Shown here one piece after another: positions 33,169 to 46,200 of a stretch of 56,512 bases of DNA. Source of the DNA: Rhizaria sp. SCN 62-66. Lineage: Eukaryota. The position numbers and the translations under genes were made by a program. How positions within the stretch are numbered: the first letter of the stretch is position 1; each line of letters opens with the position of its first letter. The notes beneath the pieces are model-generated. The model was not told the origin of the DNA. It was given only the letters and a program-made list of their open reading frames with translations, and made no database searches. The stretch spans positions 62,001 to 118,512 of the forward strand of contig MEDY01000035.1 of assembly GCA_001724265.1 (NCBI GenBank). Direction: 5' to 3'.

Positions 33169-36100
33169 ATGTATTCCCGCGCACTGAGTCTCTCCCCATC
33201 TGGTTCGCCATCACTGGTCGCGCCCCCCGCCGGCTCCGCTGGCTCCACCGGCTCTGCCTCCGCCGTGGCGGCCGCCGCCGCCGCCGCGGCCGCCGGCCTC
33301 ACCGGCCTCGCCCCCGCGATGGGCGCCATGGGCCCCGCCCCCGCCCTCGGTGGCGGCCTTGTCAGCGCTGCGACACCCGTCAACACGGCTACCGCGACCG
33401 CGTCATCCTCCTCGAACGCAGGCGGTCTCAACAATCTCAGCGGCGGTCTTCATAGCGGTCTTAACGGCGGCGTTGGTCCGCTCACCCTGCTCGGCCTCGG
33501 CCACGCCGCCGCGTCCGGCTTCGGCTACGCTGGCATGGGGCTCAACACGGCCGTCGCCGGCGTCCCCGGTGCGGGAACCGGTGCCGCTCATGGTCTCACG
33601 GGGCTCGGCTTGGCGCTCACTGGCACAGGGGCACACGGTCCCGGCGGCGGCGGCGGCGGCGGTACACATGCCTCACACGTGCCTGGGAACGCGCACGCGC
33701 ACTTGCTGCAGTCGCAGCACCCGACTGTGCAGGCGCTCGCCGCGCAGCTACGGCTCGCCAATGCGCTGCCCGCCGTCGCCGTCAACGGCGGTGGCCAGTT
33801 GCATCATCACCACAACCCCACTGGTCATCACGGTGCCGCTGGCGGCGCCTCAGCACTCCATGCCGCCGGGCTGCACAGCGCCTCTGGTCTCGCCAACACG
33901 GGACTCACGGGTTCCGGACTCTCGGGTGCTGGGCTACACACCGCAGGGCTCGCAGGCTACGGCGGCGCGCTGGGCGGCCTCGCCGGCCTGGCCGGCTTGA
34001 CCGGCGGGCTAAACGGTGTCATCGGCGCCGGCGCCGGCACCGGCACGGGCGGTGCGAGCGGCTACGGTGCCGTTTCGAACGGCAATGCACTGGCGAACGG
34101 GCTTGGCGCTGGGTCGATCAACGCGCTGACGAGCGGCGTCTTGGGCTCTGCGGGGCTCGGGTCCTCGCTTAATGGCGGCGGCGGGAATGCGCTGGGTAAC
34201 AACCTCAGCAACAGCGCTCTGAACGCCGCGCTGAACTCGTCACTGGCGATGCCGTCGCTGCAGCAGCAGCATCACCAGCAACAGCAGCAGCTGCACCAGC
34301 TCCAGCAGCTTCAACAAGCGCGACAGGCGCAGTTCATCCAGGCGCAGATCTCACAGCTGCAGGCCGCGCAACACGCCAACTCGCAGCTGCAGCTGCAGCT
34401 GCAGATTCAAGCAAACCAAGTGCAAGCGCAGGCCCAGCTCCAGGCGCAAGCCCAAGCCCAGGCTCAGGCGCAGGCGCAAGTTCAAGCTCAAGCTCAGGCT
34501 CAGGCCCAGGCACAGGCGCAGGCGCAAGTGCAGGCTCAGGTGAAGCTGCAGATGCGTGCGCGCGCGCAGGGGCAGACTCACGCCCAGGCGCACGCACTAG
34601 CTCAGGCGCAGGCGCAAGCTCAGGCGCAGGCGGCTCAGGTGGCACAGGCCCAAATCCAGGCTCAGGCTCAGGCGCAGGCGCAGGCATTGCAGCAGGCAAG
34701 TCCGCTCACTCTCGCGGCCCACCTGCAGTCGATGACGCCGGCGCAGCTGCTGGCGTTATCGCAAGCCGCCGCCGCAGCCGCCGCAGCCTCGGGCTCCGGC
34801 GGCGCGGGCGCTGGTGCTGGGGAGTTGGCCACAATGCAGCACCTGCTTGCATCGAGCAACTCCACCGCAGCGGCGCAGTCTGGTTTACCGCTGTCTCAGT
34901 CCGCGCACTCGTCGTTCGCCGCCGGCGCCGCTGACCCCGCGTCGGCCTTCGCGCAGACTGGGCTGGGGGCGAGTTCGCTGCACGCTGGGGCGCCGCCGGG
35001 CAGCGCGGCCGCGAACGCGATGGCGGCCGCGCTGTTGGCGCACTTCGGCGTCAACAACGCCGGCAGCACTGGTGGCGGTGGCTTTGGCGGCGGCGGTGTG
35101 AGCGGCAGCAGCAACGGGACCAACAGTCTTAGTGCCAGTGTGGGTGCGCAGCTCAACGCTGGCGTCGCCTCGCCGGGCACGTCCCCGGCGCTCAGGCCGT
35201 CTGGGAGCGCGTATCACAGTCTGTTTCACGGCGGCAACAGCGCAGCCGTCGCGGCCGCCGCAGCCGCCGCCGTGGCCGCCGCCGCGCATCCTTCATCATC
35301 ATCTTCATCCTCGCTGCTGTCTGGCGGCGCTAATTCAGCTCTGATGCGGCTGCCGCTGGTCACGCCGTCTCCTACCCCTGGTGGCACCGCAAACGCGGCT
35401 ACGACCGCCGCCGCTGCCGCGTCCGGAGCCGGGGGGTCCGGTGTCAGCCCTGTCTACAGCAGCGGCTTTGCCAATAACAACAACAACAACGCGAGCAAGC
35501 ACGCGCTCAACAGCTCCAGCACCAGCACCAGCGGCAGCCTCGTGAGCCGCAACACTGCCTTCAGCTCCTACAACTCCCTATCAAACGAGGCGGGCAGCAC
35601 CCCTCTCCAGGGCTCCGTCGCCGGGTCTCTGTCCGCGTTGTCCGCGGCGAGCGCGTTGGGCGCGCCCCCGACGTTTCACCCAGTGTTCGCGCCCGCCGGC
35701 CTCGCCGCCCCCGCGGCCCCGGCGCCGCCGCCGCCGCCGCAGGCCGCGCTGGTCTCGGCGCTGACCCCGACCGCGGCCGCGCACGCCGTGTGGTGGTTCG
35801 CCTCGATGCTGCGTGCGTCCTCCGCGTCCGCTTCCGCGCTGCTCGCCGACACGGGGCTCCTGTGCGCGCAGCTGTCGGACGACCTACTCGACGCGCGCGC
35901 CCGCTGCCCGGCCCCACGCACCCTGCGCGTGCCCCCGGGCGGCGAGGTGGCTGCGATCCTGCGCCGCGAGCCGCGCAACAAGGTCGCCGGTTTGGGCGGC
36001 CGCGCGCCTGTCACGGGGCCCTGGCACGCACACGCCGTCAACGCCGCACACGCCGCCAGCGCGGCCGCGGCGACGGCGGCGACCGTGGGCGCGTCGGCTG

Positions 36101-39100
36101 TCGCCAGCGCGCAGCCGCTGGCGTCCTCGGCCGGCGGGTCCGGGTCCGCGCCCGTGCTGGCCGGTACGCTGCCGCTGGGGTCCAATGCTGACGCATCCGC
36201 GGGCGGCTCATCATCGTCGCTGCGCGTCTACGGCGGCGCCTCCAACATGCCCGAGGCGCGCGTGCTGTCCCCGTCCGTCCCGCTGCAGCCAGAGTCGGCC
36301 GCCGGGCTGGCCGCGGTGGCGCGGGCCGCGGTGGCGCAGTTCCCGCGCTCGTCGGCGGCCGCCGCGGACCACGCCGAGACGGCGGGGCTCACCGACGGCG
36401 GCGCCGCGATCTCGGCCGCGCTGCTGCCGTTGACGCGGCCTAACTACGGACTCGCGTCGGTCGAGCGCACGCGCGGGCACGGCAGCGCGTACGGCCCCGT
36501 CGGGGGCGGCGTGGGCGCTGGTGTCGGCGCCGGCGGTGACGAGGACGACGACGGGGAGAATGGACCGAACAGCGCGGCCGCCGCGATCGCCGCCGCCGCC
36601 GCCGCGTCGTCGACGACCGTGCTGATCAACTCCGGCGCCGCCGGTGCCGTGTACCTGACGCAGGCCCAGGTCGACGCGCTCGGCTACTTTTACCTGCGCA
36701 CGCCCGCGGCCATGTCCCCGCAGGCGTGGCATCCCGCCGTTGCGTACGGCATGCCGCCCGCGCACGGCCGCGCGTCGCTGCGCCACCCCGCGCTGTCGCT
36801 CGTCTCGCTCTACGGCGGCCGCATGCTCAAGCGCGCCGCCGTCGGGCCGCCGCTCGGCGACCCGCGCGACGCGGCGCTGGTGGCCGCAGGGCGCCACGCC
36901 GGGTACCGCGACGAGCGGCGGCTGCGGGCGCGGCTTGCAGGCGCGGGCGCGAGCGCGCGGCGCAGCGGGCAGCAAGTGCTGAGCGGGGACCCCGCGCTCA
37001 CGCAGAGCTGGCTGCTGTGGCGCGAGCCTTACGTCGACCCCGAGGACGCGGACCTCTACGGCGATGAAGTCAGCCTCGTCACTCCCGGCGCCACCGCTGC
37101 ATCCTCTGGCGCTGAGATTGCCTTGTCATTATCTTCACCCTCATCATCCTCGACTGCGTTGACGACGGCGTCGATGGCGATGCCTGCGAGCGGCCAGCAA
37201 CGGCATATACCGCCGCACATGTTCACATCGCTCTTGCCGCCTGTTGACACCGGCGTGATTTTTTCGGAACACGCCTCGCAGCGGATCTGCAACATCGCAG
37301 CCGCCGCTGCCGCCGGCCCCGGCGCGAGCTTCACTGCCTCCCTGGGTCCGACGCCCTGCGGCGCCACCGCCGCGGCCGTGGCGTCGTCGTGGATTGCGCG
37401 CCGCGGTGGCAAGCTGGGCCCGCCCGTGTGGGACTCGTTCTCGTGCACGCACGGCATCTCGCTCACGGACGCGTCCGCGGGCGTGTCGCCCACCGCGGGC
37501 GGGGTGTTGACGCCCGCGGCGATCACGACTATGTGCAGCATCATCGCGACCGCAGTCCAGCTCCAGACGCCCGAGGAGGCGAGCCCGCCGGCGTCGGGCC
37601 GCGCCGCCGTGGCCGCCGCCGCCGCCGCGACGGCCGCGACGGCCGCCGCCGTGCGGAGTCGCGAGAGCGCCGTGCCGCCGCCGCTGCCGTCTGCGGTCTA
37701 CCCCCCTCTGTGCATCGGCGCCATCGCGGCGGGTGCGCCCGTCTTCACGGCGCCGTCGGCTGAGGCCGCGCTGCTGCTGTCGCGCGCGCCCTGCTTCCTC
37801 CCCACCATCGAAGCCGGCATCGTGGGTACGGCCGACGACATCGAGTTCCTCTCGTTCCTCGCGGGCCGCCTCGCGATGCTGTCGCAGCTGGAGCACATGG
37901 CCGACGCCGCTGAGGCCGGGGCGCCTGCGGGCGTGTTAGACGCCGGCGCCGCGTCGCGCGCCATCCAGCTCGCCACCGCGGCCGGGCTGAGCGCGGTGGT
38001 CGCCGCGCTTATTATGCCAGATGAAGACCCGACCCCGTCACCGCTACCGGTCGCCTCCACGACCGGCTCCGGCTCTGGCTCTGGCTCTGGCTCTGGCTCC
38101 TCGGCTGCTAGCTGCTCTGACTCGAGTGCGACGGTGCTGGTTAAGCTGGAGCCGCGTGCGGACAGCCGCAGCAGCGGCCGCAGCAGCTCCGGCTCAACAG
38201 CGTCAGCGTCTGCGTCTGCGTCTGGTGTCAAGGCAGAGCGTGGTGCGGCAAAGCTTGAGCCGAGCGCGAATGCACGCGCCAACTCCGCCGACAGCAGCAT
38301 CAAGTCCAGCACTGCTGATGCCGCGAACAACATCACAGCAAGCAGCGCCAGCGCCAATTTGAGTGTGAAGGCGCCTGCGAATGCGGCGGGGGCGCGGGCT
38401 AGGACCGAGACTGCGGCGGCGGTGGAGGAGGCGGAGCGCGCGCTGGCGACATCGCGCCGCATGCCGCTGCCGGACAGTCCCAGCGGCGACATCGACAGCG
38501 ACGCCGGCAGCAGTCGCAACAATGCGGTGGCAATGGCTGACGGCGATGACGTTGCAACCAATGACGGTGAGATTGACACTGACGTGTACGCTGCAGCCAA
38601 CGCCGCCGCGGACGACCAGGAAATCGGTGATGGCGTCGACGTTTTTGCGCTGCTGAACAACCTCTCCGCGAACAAGCCCAACGAGAACAACAAGAGGGCC
38701 CACCCTCAGCAGCAACAGCAACAGCAGCAGTTCGAGGAGGGCCTTTCAGCGAACGCCATCAGTATCTCAAGCGCGCACGACACCAGCTTCTCCAAGATCG
38801 CCTCCGTGCCCGTGGCGATGGCGTCACACCGGCGGTACTCCCCCCACAACCAGCAGCAGCAACAGCAGCAACAGCAGCAGAAGCTCGCTGCCCCCGCGCC
38901 GCTGCGGCCGGCGACCGCGTCCATCGCGTCCACGCTTTCCGGCATCTTCTCCGGTCCGGGCGGCGCCGCGGCGGCTGACGGCACCGGGTCCGGCGACTCC
39001 GACCCTGCGACGCGTACCCCCTCATCCGGCTCCACCACGGAGGTCGCCACGCCCGACGCTGTCGCCGCCACCGCCGCCGCCGCCGCTTCTACCGCCACCG

Positions 39101-40095
39101 GCGCCCTTAATGCTGTCGGCCCCCCGCCGCCGCCGCAGCAGCAGCAGACGACGACGACGCGGGGCAGTCGCTCCCGCGTGGGTTTGCTTCGCGCTGTGTC
39201 CGCAGACGCGGCCGAGAGCGGTGGCGGCGGCGCCGGCGGTAGCAGCGGCGGGTCTGGGGCGGCGCAGCGCAAGTACACGGTGAATATGATGTCGCGTGTG
39301 GTGTGGGACGATCCCGCTGCAATCGCCGCCGCAGCCGCGCAGTCCGCCGCACGGATCGCAGCGCACAAGAACGCGACTTACAACAATAGCATTATCATCA
39401 ACAACACATCGAGCAACAACATGAGCAACGCGATCACAAACGCCAACTTCACCTCGAGCGTGAGCGCAGGCTCTAACCCTGCGATGTCGTTGTAGCTGAC
39501 TCGCGGCAACACCGTCCCCTCTTCTTCCGACGCTGCTGCGAACGGTCACGCTCATGTCGGGAGCTCTAGCGCGCGCGTGGGTGCGAATCCGAGTGCGAGT
39601 GCCGCTGGCGGTGCTGTTGTGCCTGCCGTGCTGGCGCTGCCTGCCGCGGCCGAGGCGAGCTCCCCGCCGCTGATGCCGCGCACACTCCCTTGCTCCGCCT
39701 CTCTGGGCTCCGTCTCTCTTGACCTCGACGGCGCACTGCCTTTGGCTGCCGCTACCACTGCTGCCGCTACGGTTGCGGCCGCGCCTGCTGCGGCCGCGCC
39801 TGCTGCGGCTACGGCTGTGACAGTCGCCCCGGCGGTGGTCGAGCCGCTGTTGCGCGACAAACGCAAGAAGTCCTGTCGCCGCTTCTGGGAGGCCGAGCGG
39901 GCCGCTGCTGAAGCCACCAAGGCTGCGCGCGCCGCCGCCGCTGCCGCCACAGCCGCTGCTGCTACAGCCGCGGCGGCCGCCGCGGCAGCGAAGGCAGCAT
40001 ATACTTCACAGAATGCGGGTGCGCCGTCAGTGCCTGCGGTCACTGGTGGGTTTCCCACGTTGCAGCTGCAGTCGAGCCTTATCCAACAGCAACAA

Positions 40096-40138
<43 letters not shown>

Positions 40139-41937
40139 TACAGCAACGGACTCAGTTGTTGCAGCACCAGAGCCATGGAGCGCGGCCTAACTTAACGCTC
40201 GCGCCGCAGAGCGGCACTGGCGCAACCGCGGCCTCCTCCTCCGCTCTCCGTGACACCGACTCTCTTGCGACTGCCTCGATCCCCGCGGGCGCGGCGACTG
40301 GCAAGACTGTGACTGCAGCAGTGGCTTCGGCGGCCGCGGCTGCGCTCATGTTCGCGCCGGTCACTGCGCCTGCCGCCGCCGCCACCTCTTTCGCCGCTCC
40401 AGCTACGACTGCGATGGCGGTTGCTCCAGTTGCTGTTGACGTCTTTGCCGCTGCCAGTGCTGCCGCGCCCGCGCCTGTGTTGTCTCTGCGCCGCCGATTC
40501 GCGTCCGTCTGCGTGTCGCCTGCAGTGCGTTCCACTCTGCCCGGTTTCGGCCTCACCAACGACAGCGACATGGGCAGCTTCAGCGACAGCCACAGCAGCG
40601 GCGGCAGCAGTGGAGTCAGTGGGATCACAATCAGTAGTGGCACCAGCGGCGGCAGCGACATCGATGCCGCCACCGCTTGCGCACCTCATGTAGCAGCAGC
40701 AGCAGCGGGCTATTCTGCTCGCTCTTCCGTTGCGATCGACGGTGCTGGCGACGGTGGCTATGACGACGACAACGACGACGCTGAGAACATGCCTCCCTGG
40801 CCCAACTCTCAGTCTCTGTCGCAGTCGCAATCTCCACCACATTCCGCCTCCGCCTCGGCCTCATCTGCCCACAGTCTCTCCTCGTCTGCGGCGTCCTCTG
40901 CAGTGTCTTCCGCCGCGTCATCGTTCTCGATTCCATCTTCAGCGTCAGCGTCGCGCATCGGTCTCTCACACACTGGCACTGCTCTGCGCTCTGGCACTGG
41001 TGCTGCCCCCCGCTCTGCATCGACGGCCGGTGTCCACCGTACAGCCACAGTCGCGGGCTCAGCCGCAGCCCCGCGCGCGCCGACGGCCACCCGCGCCTCA
41101 GCCGCTGCCGCCGTGACTGCCGCGAACTCGCGCCCTGCGCCTGCGCACGTTGCGTCGTCGGCGTCGAAGCTGCATGCTCACACCGCTGCAGAGCTCGTTG
41201 CTGTGACGCACGCTGGCGCTGGAAGCGTGCCGCCGCCGCCGCTGCCGCTGTTGTTGTCACACAGTGCGGCGCCGCTGGGCCGGTCACGCCGAGTCTACGC
41301 TCCACCCGCGCCCGCGGTCGCGCCCGCGGTCGCAGTCGCGTATCCGATGCGCACTCGCCGGAGCTCCACCACTGCTGCTGCTGCCTCCGCCTCTGCCTCA
41401 GCAGCGAACTCTGACTCTGAATCTGACTCTGATACTGCTGGCGATGATGCTGACGCATGTGAGCTGCCTCGCCCCACTCCAGCCGCTTTGGCGGCAGTCG
41501 ACTCCGCTGTATCTGCGATTGCTCGCAATAATGCGGCTGCAGCTGCAGCGGTGTCTGTGTCGCTGGCACAGCGCCGCAGTCGCCGTGTGCCGCGGACCCC
41601 CGCAGCGACGCGCCTCGTGCGCATGCTCGACAGCAGCAGCGCGACCAATTCCACCGCGAACGCCATCGGGACCACTGCGGCGCACACCAGTGTGCGTCCG
41701 ATGACGGACTCCGACGACGCTGCCGTCACCGAGGCACATGCTGAGACTGAGGCTCATCCGACTCAGGCCTCTCGGACTGGAGCGCCGACGCGGACGCGGA
41801 CGCGCGCTGCTGCCGCTGCTGTTACTGCTGCTGCCGCGGCTGCTGCCGCGGTTGCTGCTGCGGTGGCGGAGGCGCCGACGCCTAGCTCTGCGCTGCAGGC
41901 TCTCGGAGGCCGTCCTCGCGCGCGTCGCATCGCGTAA
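33169..41937 (+). CDS. Giant intronless low-complexity hypothetical protein (~2922 aa), one in-frame TAG
   Basis: Track ORFs 33169..39495 and 39577..41937 share one frame, separated only by TAG 39493-39495; the intervening 27 codons ([27 protein letters not shown]) are open and coding-like. Ends TAA. Confidence 0.7.
34417..34686 (+). repeat. Degenerate hexamer repeat CA(G/A)GCN encoding a Gln-Ala dipeptide tract
   Basis: [19 protein letters not shown]... over about 90 codons inside the 33169 gene. Confidence 0.85.
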
Positions 41938-43204
41938 TCACGCTGCACGGCAACACGCACGCAGTAATAAAAATAATGAGAGCAATTCTCGTCTATGCGA
42001 ATCACCAACTCGAACAGTCTAAATAACCCCAAATCCCTCTTCTTCTTTAGTCTCCCAATCTTTTCTTCGTTTCTTTCGGTCTCTGTCTCCCTGTTTGTGA
42101 TCTGCTCCTGGCTACCTCCTGTCTGTTAAGTCTTTTCTTTGTTGACTCTGTTCGGATCGCTCAGATCTCTTCTCACTCGTGCGCGGTTATCTTCACTCAC
42201 CACGCGACAATTTTCTGTGCTACTCTCTTTCACAGTTTGTCTTTCACACGCTTCTTGTCAACAAACAATGTAGCGTGACGCGTCTCTTTTTCACCGGCGC
42301 ACATCACACGATCCTATCCGCTGCCACGCTGTGTCTGACATAATCCTTCAATGTAACATTTGCCGCCATTCATTACGTCATCATATTTTACGTGTACCGT
42401 TTTCTCTGTCAGTTGCGTTGTTCAGTCCTTCCTATTCCACTGTGTGGCTGTGCCTAAGCGATTCGCTATGCACACTTTCGCCGTTGTCTCATACCCACGC
42501 AATGATACGTTGCTCGTGATGGGTGTTGGACGCAGTGCTGTCATATTTGTCAGTGTTTGGATTTTGTTTGGATTTCGAATGATAGGATACCTAGAATCAA
42601 TAATTACCAATGCTATTACGTAATAAAGCAACAGCAATATTTAAGAACATTTGCTGGTTGGTAATGTACAGTACATACAACACATAGCTCAGTGGTGCCT
42701 CGTCTTTGTTAAAGAGTAAGTCAGAAACCGAGTCAATTTAATCAGTTAGCTTGAGTGTTCGTGTATTCCTCAAATACATTGACTCAAAACATTCTCGCAA
42801 ATGAAGTGTCATCCGAATAATTGCATGTACTGTGATTCAAGCGGCGAATGAAAGAGTAACAAATTTCACGACTACGAACGAGGATTTCAATTATTAGATT
42901 TCAATTATTATTTTTGTATTGTTGTAAATAATGACATGGGGGTGTTTAGTGTAAATAAAATATGTTTGTTTTAAAAAGCGAAAAGACTACAAGAGGGGGG
43001 TTTGTACTGTACTTGACTAGCAATTTTGAAAACAAAGATGCTCCACCTCACTCACACACACTCGATCGCTGCTGAAAATGCTGACGCAGTTGACTTGTCC
43101 CCATTTTTAAAATCCGTTTGCTTGTTTTGCACGAGTACTAAATAACAGTAGCAGTAACAAAGTCACAGAGAGGTTTGGTAGGTAACAACAAGTCGGTCAA
43201 CAAC

Positions 43205-46200
43205 TTAGAACGAGGTGATGGGCTGGAGCAGACCAAAGGCGCTGGTACCGGACGGGATAGGCTTGCCAATGACGATGGCAGACGAGGGCGAGCGGATATC
43301 ATCCGTGTCGCCACGCATGCACGAGTCAAGGATGAACTTCATCGACGTCTCGAACGTCGCCTTCTGCAGCACCGACGCGTGTGAGTCCATACCCATGCGG
43401 TTCATCGGGGTGTATCCGCCCCAGAACGTCATGTAGTCGGCAATCAGCAGCAGGTGACGCGGGTCGACACCGATACCGTAGACGGCGAAGACGCCAGAGA
43501 CTTCCTCTTTGATGGCCGCGCGCGCGGCCTCGACACCGTAGCACTTGAGCAGAGCAGCGATATCGTTCGACTTAATGCGCGCAGAGTCGGCTTCTGGGTG
43601 CTGGAACACTGCGTGGAAGTTGACGCCCGCAGTCTGCACGATGCGCTCCTTGATGCCCTTGACGGAGCGCTCGAGCACGACGGCCTTGGTGATGTTCTTG
43701 GTCTGACGCACGAGGCACTGGTCCATGACCTTCTCGATGAGCGAGAGCATCAGCAGCTTGGGCTGCGACGCCTCCGTCACGATGTTGACTTCGAAGTACT
43801 TGTGGTGTTCCGTGTCAAACTCGACGTTGGAGATGTGCGGGAAGCGGCGCCAGTTGGACGACAGACGGCGGATCAGGGCTTCGAGGCTGTTCTCGTCGGC
43901 CTCGGCGGCCGCAGCAGAGGACTTGCTCGCCTTGGTGAGAGCCGACTTCTTGGACGACTTCTTGGAAGAAGAGCCGTCGTCGTCGTCGCTACTGTCGGAG
44001 CCGGAGCCAGAGCCGTTGTCGCTCGAGCTGTCGTCGTCGGCGTCGGTGGTGGCGGCATTGTCGGCCGCATCAGCGTCCTCAATCTCCTCCTCCTCCTCTT
44101 CCTCCTCTTCGTCGTCGTCGTACGAGACGTGCTCCTGGCCCTTGCGGCTGCGCTTCGAGTCCTTGACACCCTCTTCGTCCTGCTTGTTCGAGCGGCGCTC
44201 AGCGGCAGTGCTGCCGCCCTCGAGCAAAACGTCGTTACCGGCCTCGTCAATGTCGCCGAGGTTCTTGCGCTGCACCAGGGCCATGACGCCCGTGGAGCTG
44301 GACATGGCCACAGAGCGAAGCTTGGTGCGCACAATGGTGTTGAGCTTCGTCGCCATCTGCGTCGACACGCACTGCACTATCGAGCGCATGCCGAGCAGGT
44401 TCTTCTTGGCCCAGGCACTGCTGAGGTCCTTAAGCTGGACACGCACGCGGTACACGCGCTCGCCGTTGACGGCGCCGAGCGACTGGCGCACGTCGATGCG
44501 CTCAATGCACTCGTTGAGCGAGATCCGGTTCAGCTTTGCAGCGAGCATCTCGGCGGCGTCGACGGGCGAGCCGGGCATGATGGGGATCTCCATGATAGGC
44601 GTGGACATGTGGTCAGAGGCCGTCATGATGATCTCACGCAAACGCGGGATACCGAGCGTGACGTTGGCACCACCGTGACCGGCAAGGTGGAACGTGTTGA
44701 GGGTCATCTGCGTCGACGGCTCACCGACGGACTGCGCTGCAAGCACGCCGACGTTCTCGCCAGGAGGCACGAGGCAGCGCGCAAAGTTGAGGTTCATCAT
44801 GTAAGCAAACTTCTCGGGCGTCATCGCGCCAGCGATGCTGTTGCGAAGGAGGTCCATGTTGGCAGCCTGCGTGGCCGCGACGGCCGTCAGCGCCTCGAGC
44901 TGCTGCTGCTGCTGCGCGGTGGCCGACGAACGGGAGACAGCCTTGGTGAGCGACGCGATCTGCGCCGTCGTTTTGGCGTTGTCGGCCTCGAGCGCGAGCA
45001 GCCGGCGCTCCAGAGAGACCTGGGCGCGCGCGGCGTGGCGCAGCGACGAGTCCGGGTCCGCGGAAACGTAGGCCGAGACCGAGTCGTGGAAACGCTCGGC
45101 CACAGCGCCGAGCACGGCACCGGGCGGAAACGCGCTCTCGATGGGGATCATCGTGTCGATCTCGTTGCGGATCGCGCTGATGGCCTCGAACCGCGATTGG
45201 CGCTTGAAGGCAATGCGTGCCTTGAGCTCGGTGACCTTGCTCTCCTTGCCGTCCTTGATCTTGTCGGCCAGAGAGCGGTCCTCCTTGGCGGCCTCGTGTG
45301 CGGAGGCTTCCTCGAGGTCGGCCAGCTCCTTCTGCTTCGCCTGGCGCTCCGACATGTAACGCTCGGCGCTGACGCAGTCGAGGATGTTGGTCGCCGTGCT
45401 GGGGTTGAGCTTGTGCACGAGCGGGCGGTAGTTCTCCGACAGGAACGACAGATTGCCGAGGTATGCAGCCTTGGTGATGTCGATCGAGTCCTCACCGTAG
45501 TGGAACTGGACGACCGAGCCGTCCGAGTCGCGCACAGTCTGGTCGTACTGCACCGTGAGCGACTCAAGGTGTTTGACCAGGCAGCGCTGGAGGTAGCCGG
45601 AACGCGACGTCTTGACGGCGGTATCGACGAGACCTTCACGGCCGGCCATGCAGTTGCCGACGATCATGGGGCGCGACGCATATTCAATCTCCTCGGCAGA
45701 GTTGGAGCTGGAGCTGCAGCGGGCACGGCGGGTGACGATGAGACCGTGCGGGGGCACAGTGACACACCAGACGTCGCCCGTGTAGGCAACGGACTTGACG
45801 TCGGCGCGCGAGAGCACAGGCGCGGCGGCGCGGTCGAGATCAGTGTAGTGCACAGCCCAGGCCTCGGTCTCGGACGACTGGCGGGTGAAGAAGGCCGAGT
45901 AACCGGCGTGGAGGAGCGCGACGATGAGCTCGTCACGCAGCGCCACAGACGCCGTGAAGATGCAGTTGTCGCTGACACTGGAAGAGGAAGAAGAGCCGTT
46001 AGCGGTGCGGAGACCGGTGACGAGAGCGCGGAGCTCCGGCACCGAGAGCGTCGCCCACCACGAGGGCAGCGTCTTCTCAGTCTTGGCACCGCCGAACTCA
46101 GCGGCAAAGACAGCGAGGAGCGCGGGCGCGGTGACCGCCACCACAGTGCGGCCCTCGGACCCAGCCTCAGTGGTGGCGCACTGCAGACCGAGGTCGGCGG

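Noticed and set aside
43205-43207. UAA also reassigned (ciliate-type UAR=Gln code)
   Set aside because: RPA1 and PMM end at TAA where homologues end, composition turns AT-rich straight after, and no internal in-frame TAA was found in any gene model.
43900-44200. Long Asp/Glu/Ser-rich tract in RPA1 as a novel insertion
   Set aside because: Matches the position and character of the acidic expander/DNA-mimicking loop normal for Pol I largest subunits.
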